A DNA stretch of 64,000 bases from IMG/VR virus record IMGVR_UViG_3300017963_000231, positions 22,829 to 86,828 of that record. The stretch is one strand, 5' to 3'. The translations under genes and the position numbers were made by a program. The notes beneath the pieces are model-generated. The model was not told the DNA's origin and ran no database searches. It worked only from the letters and a program-made list of their open reading frames with translations. This DNA comes from a virus. Below, piece after piece: positions 35,416-45,574 of this stretch (the first letter of the stretch is position 1; the number at the start of each line of letters is the position of its first letter).

Positions 35416-35869
35416 ACGGCCTCTTAGATGGAACCCAATGCCCGTTCGGATCAAGGTACTTTCGGACGGATCTGCCGGGGGTGCCGCCGGAGATAAGATT
35501 ATCGATGAGGTATTTGGAGAGGTTTTAGGAGGGGCCAGAACACCATTCGATTCAACTTTGGATCTTCAGGCTCAAGTGGTTTACAAGGCTCATGATAAGC
35601 GTGATCCAGTTATTGCCGGGGATCAGGATGTTGGAGACGGTCATCTTTGCTTTATTTTGGAGTACCTGGAAAGTGTAGGTCTTGATCCGCTTGGGAGTGG
35701 AGACAAGATTAAAAAAGGGGATCGAATCATTGAAATCGCTGGGGAAACGACGGATTACCGTATTATTGAGATGCGACCGGCTGGGCATATAAAAACGGCT
35801 GATATCAAGCCGATGCTTTGGCTGGCGTATTTTGAGTTTCCAGCGGATGTTCATTCAAGGGTGGTTTAA
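35408..35869 (+). CDS. Putative head closure protein
   Basis: IKKGDRI...YRIIEMRP; position. Confidence 0.6.
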   Translation: MSRRPLRWNPMPVRIKVLSDGSAGGAAGDKIIDEVFGEVLGGARTPFDSTLDLQAQVVYKAHDKRDPVIAGDQDVGDGHLCFILEYLESVGLDPLGSGDKIKKGDRIIEIAGETTDYRIIEMRPAGHIKTADIKPMLWLAYFEFPADVHSRVV

Positions 35870-35870
35870 G

Positions 35871-36170
35871 ATGGCGATACAAAGAAAGCATGTGGCGGCT
35901 GGAAGCCAATTTAACGATGTGTTTGATTTTCAGTCCGGGTCTGATGTGGAGGTCAAGAGGGTATCTCTTCAAATGGGGAGTGAATCCAAGAATGTGACCG
36001 TGACTATCGTGGATAAGTACGGAGCACAATTCGCGAAACTCTACGAGAAGTTGGCCATGACGAATTTAACTGTGGATCTGATAGGGAGCATTCCTTTGGG
36101 TCCGGATGAGAAGATAAAGGTGGTGACAACTGGAGCCACGTCGGAAATGTTCGCTACCGTGATTTTTTAA
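35871..36170 (+). CDS. Small beta-rich virion protein
   Basis: Tight packing in the structural operon. Confidence 0.6.
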   Translation: MAIQRKHVAAGSQFNDVFDFQSGSDVEVKRVSLQMGSESKNVTVTIVDKYGAQFAKLYEKLAMTNLTVDLIGSIPLGPDEKIKVVTTGATSEMFATVIF

Positions 36171-36179
36171 GGTGACGCT

Positions 36180-37883
36180 ATGGAAGGCTTTTTCAATTAC
36201 ATAGTGATCGAGGACGGGGTTCCAGTAGCCATTGGTTCCGGTGGTGGGTCTGGCGGAATTGAGTTCCGCGATGAAGGTATCAGCCAAGGCTCGGCGGCGA
36301 TTATGAATGTTGTGGGTGCCGGAGCCGGGGTTAGTATTTCAGGTGGTGTTGCTACTCTTAATGTGGGTGGTGCCTCTGGAACTATTGAAGTGCAGAATGA
36401 TGGGGTTAAAGACGGCGATGCCTCCATTCTTGACTTTATTGGAAATGGTGTCAAAACGGCGTTTGCCGCTGGGAAATCTTCATTGGAGTTTCCGGAAATC
36501 CCGTTGGATGTTTTGATGGTTCATCCTAGTTTTACGGATGATAATGATTTGCAACAATATTCGACCGTGGAGGCGGCGATAACCCGAGCTAAGGCTATTA
36601 GGAATCCAGGATCGAGAGAGGTTTTGATTTGGGTTCGAACGGCTATTTATCAGCCTACTGCAAGATGGGATTTACATGATGGCTATGGGATGGTGTTCGA
36701 TCCTATGGTGTCTTTTGATTTTTCGTCCTGGGCCGGGGGCACTACTTTTATCCAGTTTGCGGGGAACACGACTCTTAAGGGAGTGGATTTAACTTACGGA
36801 GCGATTGGTTCTCATCCATTTACTGGAGGAAATCATGTTGAGTGCCTAAGGGCTGATCCCGTAACGGGAAGCCCTACAATTGGATGGCTGGAAAATACTT
36901 GGATATGGGATACTCAGGGAGGAGCTACTTATGGAATTCGGCTTACTTCCGGGGGCGGTTCATTGCCCTTTACTCCCGTATTAGTGGCGCGGAATAACTT
37001 AGTAAGCGTGATTACTTCGGTTGGCGGATTAGTTCAAGAAGGTGATTGGGAGGTGAGGGTTGAAGGAGGAGCCTCAATATTCACTACGGTAGGGGCTTCT
37101 GCCATCAAGCAAGTTGATGTGGGTTCTGATTATCCTGATACTTCCATTAGTATTATGCGGATTCAGGCTTTAGGTGGTGCGGGTGTTTATGATTTTGAGA
37201 AAAGTACCAATGGAACTATCGAGATGAATGGTTCCATTTTAAGGCTTGCGAATACAAATATAAATTGGTTGACTGATATCGCCGGTACTGCTGATGGACC
37301 AATCAACTCAGAGCAAATTCTTCAGTTCGAGTATCCGGATCCTTCTCTTTCCGTTTCTGAGAGGTATTCTCTTAAGTCGGCATTGAATCTGATCGATCAG
37401 GATATTCATGATACTACTCAGGGCCATGATCATGATGGAGTGGGGAGCAAGAGAGTTGATTATGACGATCTAGTAAATCAACCTGAATTCGGAACGGAGT
37501 ATGATAGTGCTGAGGATGATACCGAATCCAATACAACTTCAACTACATTCCAGCAAAAGCTCATTTTGACTACGGGTTCATTGCCCGTAGGAACGTATAG
37601 GATTGGCTATTATTGTGAATTTAAGTCTGACGATGGGGATAATGATGGTGCTGAGGCTCAAGTTGATTTGGATGCAGGGACAATTATAGCGCAAGCGGAT
37701 GTTCAAAATGCACGTCCTTCTTTTTTGGGTACTGCTCAAGGTATGTGGACCGTTTTAGGGGGTGTAAAGGAAGTGACCTTCGGGTCTGCAACTACGCATA
37801 CTATTGAAATAGATTATCGTCAGACGAATTCTAACACTGCAAGGATAAGGCGCGCAAGGATAGAGATCTGGAGGATCAGCTAA
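36180..37883 (+). CDS. Fibre/appendage-like virion protein
   Basis: Gly-rich repeated N-terminal segments, beta-rich body and HDHDG motif. Confidence 0.6.
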   Translation: MEGFFNYIVIEDGVPVAIGSGGGSGGIEFRDEGISQGSAAIMNVVGAGAGVSISGGVATLNVGGASGTIEVQNDGVKDGDASILDFIGNGVKTAFAAGKSSLEFPEIPLDVLMVHPSFTDDNDLQQYSTVEAAITRAKAIRNPGSREVLIWVRTAIYQPTARWDLHDGYGMVFDPMVSFDFSSWAGGTTFIQFAGNTTLKGVDLTYGAIGSHPFTGGNHVECLRADPVTGSPTIGWLENTWIWDTQGGATYGIRLTSGGGSLPFTPVLVARNNLVSVITSVGGLVQEGDWEVRVEGGASIFTTVGASAIKQVDVGSDYPDTSISIMRIQALGGAGVYDFEKSTNGTIEMNGSILRLANTNINWLTDIAGTADGPINSEQILQFEYPDPSLSVSERYSLKSALNLIDQDIHDTTQGHDHDGVGSKRVDYDDLVNQPEFGTEYDSAEDDTESNTTSTTFQQKLILTTGSLPVGTYRIGYYCEFKSDDGDNDGAEAQVDLDAGTIIAQADVQNARPSFLGTAQGMWTVLGGVKEVTFGSATTHTIEIDYRQTNSNTARIRRARIEIWRIS

Positions 37884-38551
37884 TGGCTCAGTATGATTAC
37901 TCTAAAGCGACTGTGAATGTAACTGCTCTGGAGTGGGAAATTCAGAATGATGAGGCTATTTCTAAGGCTCTGGAGAAAGTAAATTGGACGGCTCCTGATT
38001 CTTTGAGCGTGTTTTTTGAAGAAGCCCTTTCCGGTGGAGAAGAAACTGCTCTTGATGCTTTAGTGGCGGCTCATACTGGCGAAGCCCTGAATGTCTACGA
38101 TTGTTGGGATGTAGATAATCAGCGATTCATTGTTGTTAAGGCTAAAACAAAGCCTACTGAATCTCCTGAAGGAGGACCTATTCTGGTAAAGCAGGTGATT
38201 CCTACTATCGATAGAATATCGGTATTGACCATGCCGGCTAATACTGATGAATCCTCTCCCGTTGTTAAATCAAGGGTTGTCATGGATTCAGGGAATTTTA
38301 GGGATGATTCTTGGCTGAAAGTTCTGATGGTAGGCCGTAAGGCCGGTGGGGGATCAGGATATATCAGATTCTATAACTACTCGAAAGCGGTAGAGTTGGC
38401 CGTTGTTGAATTTGATTCGGGCAGTCCAGAAATCAAGGAAGTTATTTTGACCGGATGCCCTGGAACTGATAAATGCATCCTTGAATGTCAGATTTATACC
38501 GATGGAACGGGGACAATGCATGCGTACTCTCTTAGTTTGGAGGCGTTCTAA
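37883..38551 (+). CDS. Hypothetical virion protein
   Basis: TAATG coupling. Confidence 0.65.
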   Translation: MAQYDYSKATVNVTALEWEIQNDEAISKALEKVNWTAPDSLSVFFEEALSGGEETALDALVAAHTGEALNVYDCWDVDNQRFIVVKAKTKPTESPEGGPILVKQVIPTIDRISVLTMPANTDESSPVVKSRVVMDSGNFRDDSWLKVLMVGRKAGGGSGYIRFYNYSKAVELAVVEFDSGSPEIKEVILTGCPGTDKCILECQIYTDGTGTMHAYSLSLEAF

Positions 38552-38709
38552 TGGCGAAAAATTATAGGGTCAGGGTTTATTGTGAGACGGAAGAGGAATG
38601 GAAGTTTGATGATCAGACTGATTTGACACTTGATCCTGATTTTGTTCCGTCTGGATGCGAAGGCCATACGTTGAGAGACTTCACAATTGATGATGAGGAG
38701 GAAGTTTAA
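38551..38709 (+). CDS. Small acidic protein (52 aa, not in the track)
   Basis: TAATG coupling at both ends. Confidence 0.6.
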   Translation: MAKNYRVRVYCETEEEWKFDDQTDLTLDPDFVPSGCEGHTLRDFTIDDEEEV

Positions 38710-39143
38710 TGGCCGTTGAGCAAATAGTAAAAGAGCGGGAATTGATCGATAATAAATGGGTCGTTTCAGAGCGTAAGCTAAATGAGGAATCTGATGCTCC
38801 ATTGGTTTTTAAGACCATTGTATTGGAATCAGGTGGTGGAGAGTTGCAAGCAGTTTTGAAACTGGATGATGACGGGGTTCTCAAACTGGAGCAAGGTGCT
38901 AACACTTATAGGATTTTGGTAACTGGAATTAATTCTCAAAGCGGAGAAGTGGTGTTTGATAATTCGCGGTCGGTTAGGGTCGATTTTCCAAGGAGGTTTA
39001 AGCATTGGCCCGCGATTACATTGACTTTAGCAGATGTGAATAACGCTCCTCCTTATAGGCTTTGGCCAGGGAAAACCGGGTTTACGGTCAGGTTTAAGCA
39101 GAGGTTCACTGGAGTTGTGTGCTGGGTTGCTACGGAGGCATAA
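38709..39143 (+). CDS. Hypothetical protein with lectin-like C-terminus
   Basis: VDFPRRFKHWPAITLT...TGFTV...WVA pattern. Confidence 0.55.
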   Translation: MAVEQIVKERELIDNKWVVSERKLNEESDAPLVFKTIVLESGGGELQAVLKLDDDGVLKLEQGANTYRILVTGINSQSGEVVFDNSRSVRVDFPRRFKHWPAITLTLADVNNAPPYRLWPGKTGFTVRFKQRFTGVVCWVATEA

Positions 39144-39144
39144 G

Positions 39145-39345
39145 ATGTCTTTAGAAATAGTTATAGAAGTCTTGGATGATGAGGATTATGACGGCAATAG
39201 CATTCAGATTAAGAGGGTGATAGTTAATTTGGATGGTGTAAGGGTTCCCATATATTATTCTTTTGAGGTGGATAAATCCGATGCGGAGATAGAAGCGGAG
39301 GTCGAATCAGACCTGAGTGCAAGAGGTTACTCTTGGGGAGAGTAA
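39145..39345 (+). CDS. Small acidic protein
   Basis: RBS GGAGG. Confidence 0.6.
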   Translation: MSLEIVIEVLDDEDYDGNSIQIKRVIVNLDGVRVPIYYSFEVDKSDAEIEAEVESDLSARGYSWGE

Positions 39346-39347
39346 AA

Positions 39348-39734
39348 GTGGAACGACGTATTTTTATTGTTGTTGGGGCCGTTTGTACCACTACGTTGAT
39401 GTTAACTTGTTCGGGCGGTGGGGGTGTTCCGACTCCGGATAGTATTATTTCAGAGAATCTTGAGATAATCCTTAATTACGGCGGTATCCCGGCAGTAATT
39501 CTTCTTTTTGGCTATCTTTATCTTAGGAGCCTCATGAAAGAGTACGGGAGGCAACTCCGGCAAATGCAGGAGCAATTGAATAATCAACAGGTGGCAATGA
39601 ATGTCTTGATTCAAAACAACACGAAAGCACTGACAAGGTTGGGAACGGCTATGATGATGGGTTGCCCTTTCATTAAAAGCCAGATTGATCCCAATGCTAT
39701 CGATTGTGGGGATGGTGATGGGGGAGAAGGGTAA
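39348..39734 (+). CDS. Membrane protein, holin-like
   Basis: TM segment YGGIPAVILLFGYLYL followed by a coiled coil. Confidence 0.5.
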   Translation: MERRIFIVVGAVCTTTLMLTCSGGGGVPTPDSIISENLEIILNYGGIPAVILLFGYLYLRSLMKEYGRQLRQMQEQLNNQQVAMNVLIQNNTKALTRLGTAMMMGCPFIKSQIDPNAIDCGDGDGGEG

Positions 39735-39981
39735 AAAGAGTGGTATCCATCAGGAGACACATGAATTAGTGACGCAAAATTGTGATGCGATGGATATTTT
39801 TGATAGTTTACCGATGGCGAAAGATGCTCCTGATTTAGAGGAGATGATTTGTGGAGAAGAGGCCCCGTTTCCGTCATCAATCACGGAAATTGACGATACT
39901 GATGAGGTCATGCGTTCTGAAAACGGGAGCCGATTTATAAAGGCGCTTAAATGGTGGAGAAGGGATGGGAGTAACGATTAA
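39718..39981 (+). CDS. Hypothetical protein
   Basis: Overlapping ORF filling the gap. Confidence 0.45.
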   Translation: MGEKGKKSGIHQETHELVTQNCDAMDIFDSLPMAKDAPDLEEMICGEEAPFPSSITEIDDTDEVMRSENGSRFIKALKWWRRDGSND

Positions 39982-40435
39982 AAAGTTCGGGCCGTGGGCT
40001 CGATTCACTAATTTCCCTTTGAGGTTGGCGAGGGAGCTTCCGAAGATTGCCGAAATCGGTATTAATCGGGAGGCTCAAGGATTGGCTGATGCCCTTAAAG
40101 CTACCGTTGAAGGGGGTAAGGCCGGTGGTCCTCGTTTGAGTGCCGAGACGGTGGCTCGTAAAGGATCATCCGTCAAACTCGTAGATTCGCATGCTCTGGC
40201 TAATTCATTTACGGTGGAGGGAGTGAAGGCCGGGGGAACGGGTTTTGTGGGGATTAAGGAGGGTACAGGCCATCCGTCGGGGATATCGATGACTGCTTTG
40301 GCGATGATTCATGAATTCGGAACTGCCACAATTCCAGCCAGACCATTTTTGGAGCCCACTTTGAGGAGTGCTGGGCCGAAAATGCTTAACGGCGTAGTGA
40401 AATATTGGCAGAAAGAAGCAAAGAGGGTGTGGTAA
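39965..40435 (+). CDS. Neck / tail-completion protein
   Basis: IHEFGTATIPARPFL motif. Confidence 0.8.
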   Translation: MGVTIKKFGPWARFTNFPLRLARELPKIAEIGINREAQGLADALKATVEGGKAGGPRLSAETVARKGSSVKLVDSHALANSFTVEGVKAGGTGFVGIKEGTGHPSGISMTALAMIHEFGTATIPARPFLEPTLRSAGPKMLNGVVKYWQKEAKRVW

Positions 40436-41664
40436 TGCCTACTTTCACTTGGAGCCCTGATGATCCTGGCGTGGTCCTGGAAAATATGGCCGTGGTGAAT
40501 GGGAAGGCTCGCCTTCTGGCTCAAACGCCGGATGGAGAATATGATTTTCCTGAGCTTAATCCAGACGCTAGTTATCTTCCGATTGGGACCATTGAAATGC
40601 GGAATTTAACTTGGGGTAATATCCAAGATTTCCCTTGGGGCTCGGAGATGGAGTATTCTCAGCCTAATGGATCGACCATTAGGGTGTATTTCTCGATTGA
40701 TGGAGGAGCCACTTATCCTGGGTCTACCACAAGTATCGATACTCTTTATCAATTTTTCTTGGGGTCATTCGAGATGTCGAATCAGTTGAGGTTGAAAGTA
40801 GAGATTACGCCTTCGACTGATGGGAAGGAGACTCCGGAAATCGGACGTATTTTTATGTACGGGGATGCGGAGTACGATGTAGTAGAGGATGCGGTACGGA
40901 CGTTGAGTAAAGTTATCAAAGAAAACGCCAATCCTTATATTCAGTGGTATTTTGCACATACTGGAGGAAGTTCGTTTACGCTTTTGTCTCGATTTGATCC
41001 GACGAATTTGGGCGTTTTTGATGCGAATCGAATGGGAGCGACTCAGAATCTAGTTTCGAGTTATGATCCGGGGACGGGTCTTGTTACGCTTACAACTTCG
41101 GTCCCGGCTGGAACGGAGCTTTTGGTAAGAGGAAGGTTGGCATGGGCCTCAGATATCCAAGAAGAGGGGAAACTTCGAGTGATGGTGAGGCCGGAGCCTG
41201 ATTATGTTAAGTCTCATGCTCCAATGTATGTGATTCGGCATTTGAATAGCTCGAATTATGGGGACGGGGCATTGGCCGGGGATGAGGAGGAGAAGCGGTT
41301 CGGGGTTGGGGAGTTGGCCGGAAGGTTGATTGAGAGGCCGACTCCGGTGGATTTGGTCATTGCCGTCGATTGCGTAGCCTCTCGGGAACAGGAGGCTTAT
41401 GCGATGGCAAGGCAAGTCAGGGATCTTTTCATGCGTGATGATGTGGAGGGTCTCTGGCAGTCTCTCGGGATGGGTTATTACTTTGATATTGTGAACGTGG
41501 TGCCGATTACGGACGTATCCATTCCAGAAGATGAAATCCATGATTTTCAAGTTCGGGCGGTGTTTGGGGGCAAAGAATATCCGTCAACTATTCGTGAAGC
41601 TCCCTTGGCCGAAACAATACAAATTGATGTCAATAACGATGAATTAGTGGAGGTGGAAGGATGA
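40435..41664 (+). CDS. Putative tail terminator with N-terminal extension
   Basis: Position before the sheath; C-terminal pattern typical of terminators. Confidence 0.5.
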   Translation: MPTFTWSPDDPGVVLENMAVVNGKARLLAQTPDGEYDFPELNPDASYLPIGTIEMRNLTWGNIQDFPWGSEMEYSQPNGSTIRVYFSIDGGATYPGSTTSIDTLYQFFLGSFEMSNQLRLKVEITPSTDGKETPEIGRIFMYGDAEYDVVEDAVRTLSKVIKENANPYIQWYFAHTGGSSFTLLSRFDPTNLGVFDANRMGATQNLVSSYDPGTGLVTLTTSVPAGTELLVRGRLAWASDIQEEGKLRVMVRPEPDYVKSHAPMYVIRHLNSSNYGDGALAGDEEEKRFGVGELAGRLIERPTPVDLVIAVDCVASREQEAYAMARQVRDLFMRDDVEGLWQSLGMGYYFDIVNVVPITDVSIPEDEIHDFQVRAVFGGKEYPSTIREAPLAETIQIDVNNDELVEVEG

Positions 41665-41918
41665 GTGTCATTCAGAACCGGTCGAAAATGCTTTTGGCCG
41701 TGAATCTTGGCAAAGGAAAAGCGGTCCATCTTCGGCCAAAGGAGACGGCGGAAGTAACGGATAAGCAACTTTCATTCTCTGAGGTTCGCAAGCATCTTGC
41801 TAAGGGGAGACTGGAAGTTGTGGCGATGGCGAAAGTAAAGTCGCCTTCTAAAAAGAAAGTGGCTCCGGCTCCTCCTGCCGAGGAGAAAAAGCCTTTGGAA
41901 ACAAAGGACAAGGAATAA
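41661..41918 (+). CDS. Small basic protein
   Basis: RBS GGAGG; ATGA overlap. Confidence 0.65.
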   Translation: MSVIQNRSKMLLAVNLGKGKAVHLRPKETAEVTDKQLSFSEVRKHLAKGRLEVVAMAKVKSPSKKKVAPAPPAEEKKPLETKDKE

Positions 41919-41932
41919 GGAGGTAAGGCAAA

Positions 41933-43897
41933 ATGGCTAATGCTCCTGGCGTAAGCATCCGTGAAGTGGATGTTTTTAGGACGGTGGAGGGTGTTCCCGT
42001 TGATGTTGCCGCCGCGTTCGGCATTACTCAAAGGGGACCAGATGATGAGTTGAGGCTTGTGATCAGTCTCGATGACTTCATAAACAAGTATGGTGGATTC
42101 TATGCAGGGTCTTACCTTCCGTATCTAGTGAGAGGCTTTTTTGAGCAAGGCGGAACTGCTCTATACATCGGAAGGTGTGTCGGGTCCGGTGCCGCGAAGG
42201 CTACCGGAGATGCCCTGGCTCAAGGTGGATTGCTGAAAACTGTGGATATCGACGGTAGGCATTTCGGAGAGTACGCCAATTCGATTCTTGTGGACTTTAC
42301 TCGGGTGACAACTGCCCTTTCCACGGCTACTGCCGCCATTGATACGTCTATCGTGGTGGATAGCATTGGGCAGTTCGAGCTTGGGGATGTGATCTACATT
42401 GATGACGGAACCAACACTTACCAAGGGATCGTGGTGGGGCTCGATGCTGGAACCAAGACTATTGATCTTTCCTTGGCCGTGGGGGCGATTTTCGCTATTG
42501 GAGTGGAAGTAAAAACCGCATCCTCCCACCGGGCCAAGACGGCTACCACGTCGGTATTCGCGGCGGCTTCAACTTCCGTCCAGTTTACCGTGTCCAATGC
42601 CTTGAACATCCGGATCGGAGATCTTGTGATGGTCATGGATGGGGATTTGGGCGGTAACTATATGTTTACCGAACTCAAGGTAACTGGCGTGAATGGGTCC
42701 ACAATCTTTGCTGATGTGGAGAATGAGGCGGTATCTGGACTTACCGAGATGCCTATTGGCGCTCCGGTGATTGTCCAGAATTTCAATGTCTATGTTTCCT
42801 ATGAAGGGGCCGTAAAGACGTATTTCCATGTTTCTCTGGAATCGGAGAATCAGGTGGATTATGTTGATGAACGTCTTGGCGGTGATCGGAATGAATCGGA
42901 TCTGATCGAGATGGTGGATTCGGGTAATACCGAGACCGTTGCTTGGAGAGTGCTCCAGTACCCTGCCCCGGTGGGGGTTGGATTGACAGGTGGTGCGGAT
43001 GGTGCGGCTCCTGCGGACATCGACTACCTTGGGACCAATCCGGCCAAGACGTATAAGCACGGCATTCAACTGATGGATGAGAATTACCAGATTGCGACTT
43101 TCGCTATTCCTGGCGTTACCACGGCGGCGACAATTACGGGGGCCGACTCGTATGCCAAGGGGAAGAAGCTGGATTTCGTGGGAGACTGCCCGTTGGCGGC
43201 TGATACTCTCGATGAACTGCTTGAGTTCCGCAATCTGACTCTTGGGATTGATTCTTCCTACTCTGCGATTTATGCTCCGTGGATCAATGAGGAGAATCCT
43301 CTCATTCCTGGGGCTCTTGTGAGCCTTCCCCCGTCGTGCCGTCAGCTTGGGGTACATAGCTCGGTTTCGGCCCGTGAGGGTGTCCATAAGGCTCCGGCGA
43401 ACTATGTTTACTTGAACGTTGTTTCGCTCCAGGCCGATTTCTCGGAGACTGAGCATGGAATCCTGAATGAGGCCGGGGTGAACCTGATTCGGATCTTCCC
43501 TGGGCGTGGTATTCGGGTGTACGGTGCGCGAACTCTCTATTCCGGTAGGGATGGAAAGCAGTTCATCAACGTGCGGAGACTGGCAAACTATGTAGAACGG
43601 TCGATCTCGAATCTGGCGTTTGATTTCACGTTCGACACTATCACGGAAGTTCTTTGGGCGAAGCTCCAGGGCTCTATTGACAGGTTCTTACGCGGACTCT
43701 GGAAAGCTGGGATGCTTTATCCTCGGAATGATTCGACAAAGGCGTTCATGGTGATCATCAATGAGGGTCTGAATCCTCCTGACGTGATCCGTGAGGGTCG
43801 GGTTCGAGGCAAGGTGGCGTTCTCTCCGGCTCCTCCAGCGGAGCGGATTGAGCTTGATGTTGCTCTTTGGGCGGGCAATTCGGAAATCATTGAATAA
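41933..43897 (+). CDS. Contractile tail sheath protein
   Basis: APGVSIREVD, GVHKAPAN, GIRVYGART, FINVRRL and PAERI motifs. Confidence 0.96.
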   Translation: MANAPGVSIREVDVFRTVEGVPVDVAAAFGITQRGPDDELRLVISLDDFINKYGGFYAGSYLPYLVRGFFEQGGTALYIGRCVGSGAAKATGDALAQGGLLKTVDIDGRHFGEYANSILVDFTRVTTALSTATAAIDTSIVVDSIGQFELGDVIYIDDGTNTYQGIVVGLDAGTKTIDLSLAVGAIFAIGVEVKTASSHRAKTATTSVFAAASTSVQFTVSNALNIRIGDLVMVMDGDLGGNYMFTELKVTGVNGSTIFADVENEAVSGLTEMPIGAPVIVQNFNVYVSYEGAVKTYFHVSLESENQVDYVDERLGGDRNESDLIEMVDSGNTETVAWRVLQYPAPVGVGLTGGADGAAPADIDYLGTNPAKTYKHGIQLMDENYQIATFAIPGVTTAATITGADSYAKGKKLDFVGDCPLAADTLDELLEFRNLTLGIDSSYSAIYAPWINEENPLIPGALVSLPPSCRQLGVHSSVSAREGVHKAPANYVYLNVVSLQADFSETEHGILNEAGVNLIRIFPGRGIRVYGARTLYSGRDGKQFINVRRLANYVERSISNLAFDFTFDTITEVLWAKLQGSIDRFLRGLWKAGMLYPRNDSTKAFMVIINEGLNPPDVIREGRVRGKVAFSPAPPAERIELDVALWAGNSEIIE

Positions 43898-43910
43898 GGA
43901 GGCGTGACTT

Positions 43911-44423
43911 ATGGCTGATTACCTATATGGTAAACGAGTAGATCCGTATCGCGGGTTCCGGTTTCGGGTACTGGATGTATCCGGGGCTGAACTCGGCGGG
44001 TTCACCACGATCAGCGGCCTACGGGATGAGACTGAAGTTGTGGAATACCGGGAAGGAAATGACGGCGTGACTGCCCGTAAACTCCCCGGATTCACTTCGG
44101 CGGATAATATCGTCCTGGAGCGCGGACTCAGTGTGAACGAAGAGCTTCAAGACTGGCGGAATCAAGTGTGGAATGCTCAACAAGATGATACTCTTGTGGC
44201 TGATGATGAATTCCGTCGGGATGTGATCGTTCAATTGCTTGATCAGCGGGGAGACGTTGTGAAGCAGTGGAAGATTATTGAGGCTTGGCCCGCCATTTAC
44301 GAAATCGATACGCTGGATGCCATGAATTCGGACGTTCTGATTGAGCGTGTGGAACTGGCAAATGAAGGTCATTACCTGATCCCGACTGCGAACGGATTGG
44401 GTCTGACCACACCGGCTGGATAA
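43911..44423 (+). CDS. Tail tube protein (T4 gp19-like)
   Basis: DPYRGFRFRV, VVEYREG, RKLPG, LERG and AWP. Confidence 0.93.
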   Translation: MADYLYGKRVDPYRGFRFRVLDVSGAELGGFTTISGLRDETEVVEYREGNDGVTARKLPGFTSADNIVLERGLSVNEELQDWRNQVWNAQQDDTLVADDEFRRDVIVQLLDQRGDVVKQWKIIEAWPAIYEIDTLDAMNSDVLIERVELANEGHYLIPTANGLGLTTPAG

Positions 44424-44456
44424 GGGAAAGGTGCCGCATACTATGCGGCCTTTTTC
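44424..44456 (+). terminator. Intrinsic terminator
   Basis: GCCGCATA-C-TATGCGGC stem followed by TTTTT. Confidence 0.75.
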
Positions 44457-44527
44457 TCACGACCACCTTAATTATTGAGCCTTGGCTTGAGGGATTGAGC
44501 ACATTGGCGATAAGTGAGGACAGATGA

Positions 44528-45343
44528 ATGGAAAATAAAGAAAAACAACCTATTAACGTAGATCCGTCCGGAGTGCAACTCTACAAAATGCCCGTAGGGG
44601 AGAGTGAAATAACCCTCCCCTGCGGGTTGCTTATTGAAGGGGAGATTGAGAAATCCGTTAAGATTTCGCCAATGACTGGTAAAGATCGGAAAGACATGGC
44701 GGATCCGGCTCTTCGGAATAATCCTGCGAAGATCATCACGAAAATCCTGAAAAATCGGCTCATCCAGATAGGGGATTTCAAGTTTCCTAGCATTCCGGAT
44801 AAGTTGATTCGGTCACTTTTGGCTGGGGATCGAGATTACCTTTTGATGAAGATTCATCAACTTGGGAATAAAGAGCGGGAGTTTAAGGCCAATATCACTT
44901 GCGAAAAGTGCGGAGAAACTTTTGAGATTCTGATGGATTACGATGAAATTCCCGTCCGGGAGATGGATGAGGATGCTCAAAAGATGATCGATCACGGCAA
45001 GAAGGTCCGGTATTGGGAGTTCATCGATGAGGATTGGGGGATAAACGCTAAATTCCGGTACATTGATGGGACTATCCAAGAATCCGTGGCTCCGAAACTC
45101 CGGCAGAATATTGTGGAAGGGGAGTACATGATATTCGCCAAGATGATTATTGAGTGGAATGGCCTTACCAGTTTGACCGTTAAGCAAATCGAGGATTTCC
45201 CTCGGGTTCTTGTGGAGATGATCGAGAATGTGATGAAGGAACATAAGTTTGGGCCTTCATTTGATACTCAGGCTTTTGTTTGTCCGATGTGCGGGGCGAA
45301 CACGGAAGGGGGTATCGATTTTACATCGTTCTTGTTTCGATAG
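44528..45343 (+). CDS. Tail assembly chaperone / baseplate hub assembly protein
   Basis: LLAGDRDYLL, CEKC and CPMC; position between tube and tape measure. Confidence 0.75.
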   Translation: MENKEKQPINVDPSGVQLYKMPVGESEITLPCGLLIEGEIEKSVKISPMTGKDRKDMADPALRNNPAKIITKILKNRLIQIGDFKFPSIPDKLIRSLLAGDRDYLLMKIHQLGNKEREFKANITCEKCGETFEILMDYDEIPVREMDEDAQKMIDHGKKVRYWEFIDEDWGINAKFRYIDGTIQESVAPKLRQNIVEGEYMIFAKMIIEWNGLTSLTVKQIEDFPRVLVEMIENVMKEHKFGPSFDTQAFVCPMCGANTEGGIDFTSFLFR

Positions 45344-45353
45344 GACAAGCGAT

Positions 45354-45572
45354 GTGGAGTGGGAAGAGATTATTGATAATGTCATTTTTGTCTTGGCTAG
45401 TGAGCTTGGATGGTCCTGGGAGGAACTTTTGAATATGCCTTTACGAGAGTTATTTAACTTTTTCAACATATTCAAAAAGAAGAAAGAGATGGAGCGTGAT
45501 GCAATAGAGGCGGCGAAGCAGAAGAGGGCTTCAAAGGGATCATCCCCACGTCCTTCGCGTGGTAGGAGGTAA
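45354..45572 (+). CDS. Second tail assembly chaperone (own GTG start or +1 frameshift extension)
   Basis: LGWSWEELLNMPLRE pattern. Confidence 0.7.
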   Translation: MEWEEIIDNVIFVLASELGWSWEELLNMPLRELFNFFNIFKKKKEMERDAIEAAKQKRASKGSSPRPSRGRR

Positions 45573-45574
45573 GC

